Shown one piece after another: positions 1 through 7,318 of a stretch of DNA of 64,000 nucleotides. The DNA is from Candidatus Latescibacterota bacterium (GTDB lineage: Bacteria > Latescibacterota > UBA2968 > UBA8231): the NCBI GenBank assembly GCA_965203175.1, contig OZ241867.1, positions 4,512,001 to 4,576,000 of the forward strand, written 5' to 3'. The notes beneath the pieces are model-generated. The model was not told the DNA's origin, made no database searches, and was given only the letters and a program-made list of their open reading frames with translations. The position numbers and the translations under genes are program-made. Every line of letters starts with the position of its first letter. The stretch's first letter is position 1.

Positions 1-675
1 GCCGTGAATCTCGACGATGCCCTCGGCTATCTCCGGTACTTCTGTGGCAAAGAGCTTCCTGAGAAATTCGGGCCGCGTGCGGGAGAGCAAGACCTGAGGC
101 CCCCGGCTCGACTTAAGCACTTCATATATATAGCCTCGCACGGCATCACCTTGGCGATAGCGTTCGCGGCGGATTTGCTCTTTGTATGGAACGGCCGCCT
201 CGGCCCGGCCGAGATTGAGGACGATGTCTCCGTGGCTAATCTGCTGTACGGTACCGGATTCGACGAGGCCGACCCGGCCGATAAATTCGTCGTATATTCG
301 CTCTCGCTCGGCTTCGCGGACCCGCTGAATGAGAATTTGCTTTGCAGTCTGTATGGCGTTGCGGCCAAAGTCGGCGAAATTGAGTTGCTGCACTAGCACA
401 GAGCCTAGTTGGACATGGGGGTCGATGTCGCGGGCGTCGGCGAGGAGAATCTCCATGGACGGCTCAACCACTTCTTCGACGACAGTCTTGCGGGCATACA
501 CGGCCATCTTGCCTTGAGCCGCATCGATGTCAACTTCGTAATTTTCGGTATTGCCGTAGTGCCTTTTGGCGGCTGAAATGAGGGCGTCGGCGAGGGTCTG
601 CACCACTAATTCCCGGTCGACGTTTTTTTCGCGGGCAATCTGCCCCAAGGCTTCGACAATATTCGCGTTGTTCAT
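1..675 (-). CDS. nusA: Transcription termination/antitermination factor NusA (5' part; runs off window start)
   Basis: Not in the ORF track. Minus-strand ATG at 675 reads MNNANIVEALGQIAREKNVDRELV... and stays open to base 1; lies directly downstream of rimP as in the rimP-nusA-infB operon. Confidence 0.95.
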   Translation of the reverse strand, partial: MNNANIVEALGQIAREKNVDRELVVQTLADALISAAKRHYGNTENYEVDIDAAQGKMAVYARKTVVEEVVEPSMEILLADARDIDPHVQLGSVLVQQLNFADFGRNAIQTAKQILIQRVREAERERIYDEFIGRVGLVESGTVQQISHGDIVLNLGRAEAAVPYKEQIRRERYRQGDAVRGYIYEVLKSSRGPQVLLSRTRPEFLRKLFATEVPEIAEGIVEIHG

Positions 676-699
676 ATTTTTACTCGACCTTCACTCAAG

Positions 700-1152
700 T
701 TACAATTCTGGTTCGATGTTGGCTTTAGCAATATCAGTCCGCGCTACGGAGTCGGCTGGGCTGTCGAGCTGGATTTGATCGTCTTCCCAAGAGACTAGTC
801 GGCCTTTGACAACCCGACCGGAGGTGAGCACGACTTTCAGCAAACGACCACAGGCACGAGTGAAATCCCCATCGGTCTCTAGGGGCCGGTCTAATCCCGG
901 CGAGGTAACTTCAAGCCGATACCGTCCAGCAATGGGATCTTCTATGTCGAAAAGATCGGCCACTTCGCGACTGATTGCCTCGCAGGTGGCCAGCGTTATG
1001 CCGCAATTTTTGTGAACCAATAACCTGACTAGCTGATTTCCTCGGACGCCGCTGAGTTCGATATCGACGAGTTCGGCCTCGTGCTCGTAGACAATGGGTT
1101 TGACAAGAGCTACTAGATCGGCTTTTAATGCAAATTTATCTACGGCGGAAAT
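700..1152 (-). CDS. rimP: Ribosome maturation factor RimP (probable ATT start at 1152)
   Basis: YRLEVTSPGLDRPL motif. The frame extends 44 codons upstream of the track's TTG with RimP-like LVKPIV..E.ELVDIEL; an ATT lies 9 nt after an AAGGGGG RBS and gives 150 aa. Confidence 0.9.
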   Translation of the reverse strand: MSAVDKFALKADLVALVKPIVYEHEAELVDIELSGVRGNQLVRLLVHKNCGITLATCEAISREVADLFDIEDPIAGRYRLEVTSPGLDRPLETDGDFTRACGRLLKVVLTSGRVVKGRLVSWEDDQIQLDSPADSVARTDIAKANIEPEL

Positions 1153-1171
1153 ACGCGCTTTCCCCCTTAAT

Positions 1172-1195
1172 AAAAAAGCGGGCTATGACGCCCGC
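1172..1195 (-). promoter_or_regulatory. rimP leader hairpin / intrinsic terminator-like attenuator
   Basis: Minus strand GCGGGC-GTCATA-GCCCGC-TTTTTT between the promoter and the rimP RBS; same position and shape as the known rimP-leader element. Confidence 0.75.
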
Positions 1196-1209
1196 CCAAC
1201 TTGGGTTAT

Positions 1210-1238
1210 AAAATATAGGATTATATTGATTTAGGCAA
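1210..1238 (-). promoter_or_regulatory. Putative sigma-70 promoter for rimP-nusA
   Basis: TTGCCT-17 nt-TATTTT on the minus strand in an AT-rich intergenic region. Confidence 0.55.
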
Positions 1239-1270
1239 GACGACTTAACAGCCTTGGCCAAATGCCAACG

Positions 1271-1693
1271 TTAGAGGAGGCGCAAAATCTCGCGCAGTTC
1301 CTTTTTGGTCTCTTCGATCATTCTAAGTGCGGCCTCCCGGTCCTGTGCGGATTCGGGATCAGTGCGCTCCTCTGTTGAGTCAGGACTGCGCTGTTGTTCA
1401 GCTAGCAAAGCAGGTATTTGCTCTCCGACTTGGCGCAAGAGCTCGGGTTCATCTTTGAGCTTCTTCTTTACGCCCTGCGTCGTGTAGCGTTCCTCGTAGA
1501 GGAGGCTTTTGAGCAATAAGATGATCCCTATATCGCGCTCCCTATAGGCCCTGTTTTTACCACCGCGCGCACGGCGCGGCCGCAAACAGGAGAACTCCTT
1601 CTCCCATGCCCTGAGCGTATAGGGTTGTAGCTGTGTGAGTTCTGCGACTTCGCTGATGCTGTAATACAGCTTGTTTTGCAATGGATTCTTCAC
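1271..1693 (-). CDS. MerR-family HTH transcriptional regulator
   Basis: KLYYSISEVAELTQLQPYTLRAWEKEF...NRAYRERDI...LLYEERYTTQGV; 4-nt overlap with the der stop. Confidence 0.9.
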   Translation of the reverse strand: MKNPLQNKLYYSISEVAELTQLQPYTLRAWEKEFSCLRPRRARGGKNRAYRERDIGIILLLKSLLYEERYTTQGVKKKLKDEPELLRQVGEQIPALLAEQQRSPDSTEERTDPESAQDREAALRMIEETKKELREILRLL

Positions 1694-3045
1694 GATCGCA
1701 CTTCCCTGTATCCTTTGCGCCGACGCCAGACGATGCGCAAGGGCGTCCCTTCGAAATCAAATTCCGACCTCAGGCGATTTTCGATGTGGCGTCGATAATT
1801 CCCCGGCACGGAGCGGGGCAGATTCGTAAAGATTGTAAACGCTGGCGGGTTAACCGCGTGTTGGGTGGCGTAGAGCAGGCGAATGTCGCGGCCCTCTTGA
1901 GTCGCCAGATACTCGCCAGATAGCTGTTGAATGATCTTGTTCAAGCGCGCGGTGGGAATCCGCGTCCGGCGCTTATTGCCCACTGCGGCCACCACTTCGA
2001 GACATTTGTGAAGCCGCCGACCGGTCAAGCCCGATATGCACAGCACCGGATAGTCGCGCAAAAAGGGATAGCGGTCGCGCAACTCGCGGCAGTACTCATC
2101 CGCAGTGCCCTCGGTGACTAAATCCCATTTATTGATCGCCACTACCAAGCCGCATCCAGACTTTATCACTTGCTCCATGATGCGAGCGTCCTGCATGACC
2201 CACCCCTCGGTACCGTCTAGAAGCACGACCGCCACATCGGCTCGGTCAATGCTGTTAGCCGCTCGGCGCGTACTGTAGAATTCCACTGGATCATCGACCT
2301 TAGATCGCCTCCGCAAACCGGCAGTATCCACGAACAACAGATGGCTATCCTGCCAAATCAAGCGCAGTTGCGTTGGATCCCGGGTCGTACCAGGCCGATC
2401 GTGGACAATGGAAACCTGATGGCCTGCGAGGCGGTTGATCAGCGTGGATTTGCCCACGTTGGGCCGCCCGACCAAAGCGACCCGAATCGCTTCTTCATCC
2501 CATTCCGACCCATAAGCTTCAGCCTCGTCGAAGAGCGCAATGAGTGCGTCGAGCAAGGCACCGGAACGCCGCCCGGTAACGGCAGAAACCGGCAGGGGAT
2601 CCCCCAAGCCGAGTCGGTAGAATTCGTCGAGCGGCGCAGCCGGCCCCACCCCATCAACCTTGTTGACGGCCAGCAAGCACTTCCCGCCCCCGCGGCGCAG
2701 CATAGCCCCCATCTCTTGGTCCAGATCGGTCAAACCCGTGGTCCCATCGCAAAGTAAAATAGCTATGTCCGCTTCTGCCAATGCATTTGCCGCTTGGGAG
2801 CGCACAGCCGAGGATAGCGCGTCTTTGGCATTGGGCATGTAGCCTCCCGTATCGACCAAAGTAAAGGAGCGACCTCCCCACTCAGCCGCGGCGAATATCT
2901 GATCGCGAGTGACCCCGGGCTGGCCATCGGTTATGGCCCACCGAGTCCCCAAGATGCGGTTGAACAGGGTCGATTTGCCCACGTTGGGCCGCCCGACAAT
3001 CGCCACGATGGGACGGCGATGATTCTCGACGGTTTGGGTGCTCAT
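1690..3045 (-). CDS. der: Ribosome biogenesis GTPase Der (EngA)
   Basis: Two GRPNVGKS P-loops, DTGG/DTAG, NKVD/NKWD and a C-terminal KH-like domain. Start placed at ATG 3045, overlapping the upstream stop (ATGA). Confidence 0.97.
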   Translation of the reverse strand: MSTQTVENHRRPIVAIVGRPNVGKSTLFNRILGTRWAITDGQPGVTRDQIFAAAEWGGRSFTLVDTGGYMPNAKDALSSAVRSQAANALAEADIAILLCDGTTGLTDLDQEMGAMLRRGGGKCLLAVNKVDGVGPAAPLDEFYRLGLGDPLPVSAVTGRRSGALLDALIALFDEAEAYGSEWDEEAIRVALVGRPNVGKSTLINRLAGHQVSIVHDRPGTTRDPTQLRLIWQDSHLLFVDTAGLRRRSKVDDPVEFYSTRRAANSIDRADVAVVLLDGTEGWVMQDARIMEQVIKSGCGLVVAINKWDLVTEGTADEYCRELRDRYPFLRDYPVLCISGLTGRRLHKCLEVVAAVGNKRRTRIPTARLNKIIQQLSGEYLATQEGRDIRLLYATQHAVNPPAFTIFTNLPRSVPGNYRRHIENRLRSEFDFEGTPLRIVWRRRKGYREVRS

Positions 3046-4400
3046 TTTTCGCGCCCTATGTAGTAACCCAATTCGGTTAGCTGCCGCCCTTCTCCCAGCA
3101 CTTTTAGGCTCCGATCGACCCAAAAGTGCTCAAGTGATTCAACCAAGTCGTATCCTCCTACTGCAAGGGGGATGCCTACCTCTGCCGCAAGTTGGGGCAC
3201 GGTCATGTCGTCCAACGTCAAGCCCTCGCCATTGATGCAATTGGGCGGCAGCAAGACCAAATCTCGCTCGATTCCATCGCGCGCACGCGCCGCCATATCG
3301 CGGCCGGTCAGCAGTCCCGACACGGTGATACCATGACCGAAAAAGTCATTATCGACCGGTAGGAGATCAATTTGGACGTTCTCGATGGCATTCAGCCTAG
3401 TCACTAAGGGCGCGAGGATTCGCTCGGCCAAGCGCCCGGTCAGCAGGCCGATCCGCACGGCCTTGTCAGTGCGCGCCGGCAGCCTCTTGCTCGCTTCGTC
3501 CCAAATGTCGAGGAAGGAGCGCACCATGCCGATGCCGTTTTCTAGTTGGGGAAACGCATCGTAATACGACGCTACTGGCAGGGGCCGGCCCGTCAGCAGA
3601 AAGATCTCATCCGCCGCATAGACGAATCGTTCGCCAAAGCGCGCTTTGAATTGCAAGCCCCACGCTTCGGCTGCATCTGCGTACTCCGTGGCCTTGGCTG
3701 GGGTCACAGGGTCGAGCTGGACGAGCTTATCCCGATGATCGGTCAGCCCCACCGGCACGAGCGCCACCGAGCGCACCGCGGGATAGTACTCAGACAGATC
3801 GGCCACTGTGCGTTCCAGATGCGGCCCATCGTTCCAGCCCGGGCAGACTACGACTTGGGTGTGCATTTCAATGCCGTTGTCCGCTAGTTTGCGCAAGCGC
3901 TCGTTGATATCAACAGTCGCTTTGGTGCGCCCGAGCATGATTTGTCTCAGGTCGGGGTCGGTAGCGTGGACGGAGATGTATTGCGGCGTTAGCCCTTGTT
4001 CAATGATGCGGTCGATATCGCTTTCGCGAACATTGGTCAGAGTCACATACGAGCCGTGGAGAAAGGAGAGGCGAAAATCGTCGTCCTCAAAATACAGGCT
4101 GCGCCGCATGCCCTTGGGCATTTGGTGGATAAAGCAGAAGACGCATTTGTTGTTGCAGCTGCGCAAACGCATGTCTTCGAAGACCAGCCCTAAGGACTCG
4201 CCGCTTCGGCGCTCGATCTCGGCTTCGTACAGGTCTTCGCCGCGTTCGATTTCTACGCAGATTACTTCCTCGGCACTGTTGACCTGAACGTCGATCAAAT
4301 CGCGCACTTCTTCGCCATTGATGCGCAAAATGCGATCGCCAATGAGAAAACCCGCACGCGCGCCGAGACTATCGGGCTCAATTTGTTTTACAACGACCAT
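3042..4400 (-). CDS. PDZ + radical-SAM-like DUF512 protein (TIGR03279-type)
   Basis: N-terminal PDZ (GDRILRING), CNNKCVFC CxxxCxxC, DDDFRLSFLHG, QLENGIGM, ITVSGLLTG. Confidence 0.9.
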   Translation of the reverse strand: MVVVKQIEPDSLGARAGFLIGDRILRINGEEVRDLIDVQVNSAEEVICVEIERGEDLYEAEIERRSGESLGLVFEDMRLRSCNNKCVFCFIHQMPKGMRRSLYFEDDDFRLSFLHGSYVTLTNVRESDIDRIIEQGLTPQYISVHATDPDLRQIMLGRTKATVDINERLRKLADNGIEMHTQVVVCPGWNDGPHLERTVADLSEYYPAVRSVALVPVGLTDHRDKLVQLDPVTPAKATEYADAAEAWGLQFKARFGERFVYAADEIFLLTGRPLPVASYYDAFPQLENGIGMVRSFLDIWDEASKRLPARTDKAVRIGLLTGRLAERILAPLVTRLNAIENVQIDLLPVDNDFFGHGITVSGLLTGRDMAARARDGIERDLVLLPPNCINGEGLTLDDMTVPQLAAEVGIPLAVGGYDLVESLEHFWVDRSLKVLGEGRQLTELGYYIGREK

Positions 4401-4457
4401 AGTGAATTAAGCAATTAATCTACGTATCATAGTGTGGGGCAAGATGTTCTATCGATA

Positions 4458-4486
4458 AAGGTATATGGATATTACGCCGACGGCAA
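4458..4486 (-). promoter_or_regulatory. Putative promoter for DUF512-der-merR
   Basis: TTGCCG-17 nt-TACCTT. Confidence 0.5.
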
Positions 4487-4502
4487 TACCTTAGAAAGAA
4501 AT

Positions 4503-4536
4503 AAAAAATCCGCCCGACCCAGTTGGCCAGGCGGAT
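4503..4536 (-). terminator. Rho-independent terminator after tRNA-Gly
   Basis: ATCCGCC...GGCGGAT stem followed by T6 on the minus strand. Confidence 0.8.
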
Positions 4537-4538
4537 AG

Positions 4539-4613
4539 TGGAGCGGGAGACGGGAATCGAACCCGCGACATCAAGCTTGGGAAGCTTGCGTTCTACCCCT
4601 GAACTACTCCCGC
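4539..4613 (-). tRNA. tRNA-Gly(CCC)
   Basis: Cloverleaf GCGGGAG...CAAGC-TT-CCC-AA-GCTTG...GGTTCGATT...CTCCCGC-T-CCA, 75 nt. Confidence 0.97.
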
Positions 4614-4628
4614 TAATTTTGCGGTCCT

Positions 4629-4657
4629 AAGGTAGGAGAGGCCCCAATCGCTGTCAA
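4629..4657 (-). promoter_or_regulatory. Promoter for tRNA-Gly
   Basis: TTGACA-17 nt-TACCTT; the -35 overlaps the miaA stop codon. Confidence 0.7.
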
Positions 4658-5604
4658 CCCAACCTGCTGCCCCATCGATACTCCCACTCGTCGACGATGC
4701 GCTGGACGACGCCGGCCTTTTCCCATGCATCGAGATCTAATTCGCGCAGGCGGCGGTCGCGGCGGCACCAAGTTATTTGCCGTTTGGCCAAGTGGCGGGT
4801 ACGCTGTTTGGTCCGCTCGACAGCTTCCTTCCAAGAGCAATGCCCTGCCAGCGCGTTGCATATTTCGAGATAACCCAAAGTCCCCAAGGCGCTGTTACTT
4901 GGGTCGTAGCCCATTTCGCGCAAGGAGCGGACTTCCTCGCCCCATCCCTGCTCGACCATTTGCTCGACCCGCTGATCGATCCGCTCGTAGAGCCGATTGC
5001 GCGCCATAGTCAGACTAATCATCTGTGGCTGCTGTACAAGGGGTTGTCCCTTGCGCTCCCGCCATAGCGTGCTGAGCGCGCCCTTTCCGACCATTACCAC
5101 CTCCAAAGCCCGCAGGATCCGCTGTGCGTCACCCGGCTGCAACCGAGCTTGTGCGACCCGGTCCCGACGGCCTAACTCCTCGTATAGAGATGCCAGTCCC
5201 TCGCAATGCAGGCGATTTTGTAATTCGGCGCGGACCGGCGCGTATTCGGTCACATCCTCAAAGCATCCGTCCAGTGCACTCTGCCAGTACAGGCCGGTCC
5301 CTCCAACCATAATGGGCAGTCCCTCTCTGTTCCAGACCTGCTCAATGATCCTCCGAGCGGCTCGCTCATACGCTCCCGCGCTGTAGGTTTCCTCGGGATC
5401 GATCACATCAAGTAAGTGATGAGGGCATTGGTTTTGTTGTTCAGCGGTTGGCTTGGCCGTGCCGATATCCATGTAGCGGTAGATTTGCCGCGAGTCGGCC
5501 GAGATGATTTCCACTTTGGGCAAGTGCTGGGCTACTTTGAGGGCTATTTCTGTTTTGCCTGTGGCGGTGGGTCCGGTGATTAGGATTAGTTGTTTGATTA
5601 ACAT
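4654..5604 (-). CDS. miaA: tRNA dimethylallyltransferase
   Basis: GPTATGKT, ISADSRQIYRYMDIGTAKP, VGGTGLY, RILRALEV, AKRQITW. Confidence 0.97.
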   Translation of the reverse strand: MLIKQLILITGPTATGKTEIALKVAQHLPKVEIISADSRQIYRYMDIGTAKPTAEQQNQCPHHLLDVIDPEETYSAGAYERAARRIIEQVWNREGLPIMVGGTGLYWQSALDGCFEDVTEYAPVRAELQNRLHCEGLASLYEELGRRDRVAQARLQPGDAQRILRALEVVMVGKGALSTLWRERKGQPLVQQPQMISLTMARNRLYERIDQRVEQMVEQGWGEEVRSLREMGYDPSNSALGTLGYLEICNALAGHCSWKEAVERTKQRTRHLAKRQITWCRRDRRLRELDLDAWEKAGVVQRIVDEWEYRWGSRLG

Positions 5605-5620
5605 ATTATTTATTATATGA

Positions 5621-7318
5621 CTATTCGAACGATTCTTTCTTCAACAAAGTGGGCTCCACGACGATCGTTTTCTCGCGGCGCAACAACGCCTGCCCGGGCG
5701 CGCCGCCACGCGGCTTGGTGACGTGTTTTACCATGGTGTACGCCACGGAGACCTTTTTCGCCGTTTTGCCCTTGCTCCAATACGCGGCTAAGGACGCAGC
5801 CTCTTCAATAGTCTGTTTGCTGGGGGCTTCCTTGCGGCCTTCACTCCGCAGAACGACGTGTGATCCCGAGTACCCCTGGGCGTGAAACCACAGATCGTTT
5901 TGCGCGGCCATTTTGTGCGTCAGCACGTCGTTTTCCTTGTTGTTGCGCCCGGCCCACACCGACCACCCCGTGGACGTCCTGTAGCGCCGGGGATGGGCTT
6001 GTGGCTGTTTGCTTGTCGTTTTGTCGGTACTTGTCACCTTGCTCTCCAACCAAGTCTGCAGCGCGGCGTCGGCTTCCCAAGTACCAGCATCGACCGCACC
6101 AATCCAATGCTCGTATTGGGCGCACTGACGCTTGAGTCCGGCGAGGCGCTGCGGCAGGGCTTGTTGGCGGCGCTCATATTTTTGCGCGGCCTTTAGATAG
6201 GCTGCGGCGTTTTCCACCAAGCTGCGGTTTACATCTAAATCAATTCGCAGGGTCGAGTCCCCCTCTGAATCGAAGAGGTCGGCCAGCTCTACTTGCGCGG
6301 GCCGACCGGATAGCTGCCCTATGTTGGCCCATAGCGCGTGGCCCTTTCGCTTGTATTCTTCGGCGCGCGCAGCCTCGTCGAATTCGGCTTGCATGACAGC
6401 CAAGCGCCGCCGGGCATTTTTCAGGGTTTGGCCCAGCCGCCTGCGGATCTGCTGCTGCGTCTGCTGTGCCCGGCGCTGGGTCTGCTCCTGTTGGTACGCC
6501 GCCCATATCCCTGGACTGACCGCGTCAAACTGCTCGTAGACCCCTTGTAAACGGCGCGGTTCAAGAGCAGAAAAGTGAAATCGACCCGACTCTTGCCACA
6601 CGTAGCTGTGGCCTGTTATCGCGCTGGTGTACGCCTCTGTGGCCGCGTTCCACAAGGCTGTGGCCGGTTCGTCTGTGTCAGCAATACTGCTGACAGGAAG
6701 CGCCCCACCCTGCTGGCTGCGAAAGATCAGCTCGCGTACCACCGCAACACCCGCTCCGGCCAACCAGCGCCTCGCTGCCTTTTCCAAGGCTGTATCCGCA
6801 CTCGCCAGTCGGTCGCGCCACATGCAGAGTTCATCCGTGCCCGGCAACAGGCGGCCTGATGGCTCAGGTGGCTGGTACGGCTTGCCTACGGGAGACTTGT
6901 CCTTGGCCGTCCCCCAATAGCCCAAAATCGCGCCATCGGCTTGGCGATGGAGAACAAACCTCACCTTATTGGGAATGAGTTCGCACACCAAGACGCCAAA
7001 GCTCGGGCGACCGGCGCGGTCTCGACGCTCTAGGCACAAGCGCAAGATGCGCTCGCGGCGCTCGGCCTCCACGGCCACAATCCGCGCTCGTACCAAGTAC
7101 TTTTCCGGGCCATCGCTCGCCCGCCAAGATCGCGGCCAAGCTTCGCGTCGCAGGCAGAGCAAACCCTCTCGACCACTCGCGCCGTACAGCCAAGCGCCCT
7201 CGTCAACCGCAAAGGCGAGTTCCGTGGGCTGGGCATAGGCCCGCTCGATGACCACCCCTTGCAGGCGTCCCTGTAGCTCCTGTGCGAGAGCTTGAATGGT
7301 GAAGAAATCAAACGCCAT
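5621..7318 (-). CDS. rqcH: NFACT/FbpA family ribosome quality control protein (RqcH/Rqc2-like)
   Basis: N-terminal FD motif, ERILRL, coiled coil, and C-terminal NFACT-R domain (GRNNKENDVLT, WFHAQGYSGSHV, AASLAAYWSK, KPRGGAPG). Confidence 0.88.
   Translation of the reverse strand: MAFDFFTIQALAQELQGRLQGVVIERAYAQPTELAFAVDEGAWLYGASGREGLLCLRREAWPRSWRASDGPEKYLVRARIVAVEAERRERILRLCLERRDRAGRPSFGVLVCELIPNKVRFVLHRQADGAILGYWGTAKDKSPVGKPYQPPEPSGRLLPGTDELCMWRDRLASADTALEKAARRWLAGAGVAVVRELIFRSQQGGALPVSSIADTDEPATALWNAATEAYTSAITGHSYVWQESGRFHFSALEPRRLQGVYEQFDAVSPGIWAAYQQEQTQRRAQQTQQQIRRRLGQTLKNARRRLAVMQAEFDEAARAEEYKRKGHALWANIGQLSGRPAQVELADLFDSEGDSTLRIDLDVNRSLVENAAAYLKAAQKYERRQQALPQRLAGLKRQCAQYEHWIGAVDAGTWEADAALQTWLESKVTSTDKTTSKQPQAHPRRYRTSTGWSVWAGRNNKENDVLTHKMAAQNDLWFHAQGYSGSHVVLRSEGRKEAPSKQTIEEAASLAAYWSKGKTAKKVSVAYTMVKHVTKPRGGAPGQALLRREKTIVVEPTLLKKESFE

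Noticed and set aside
4-778. Plus-strand ORFs at 4-396, 329-517 and 566-778, and other antisense ORFs over known genes
   Set aside because: Shadow frames of nusA and other GC-rich genes with no recognisable motifs.
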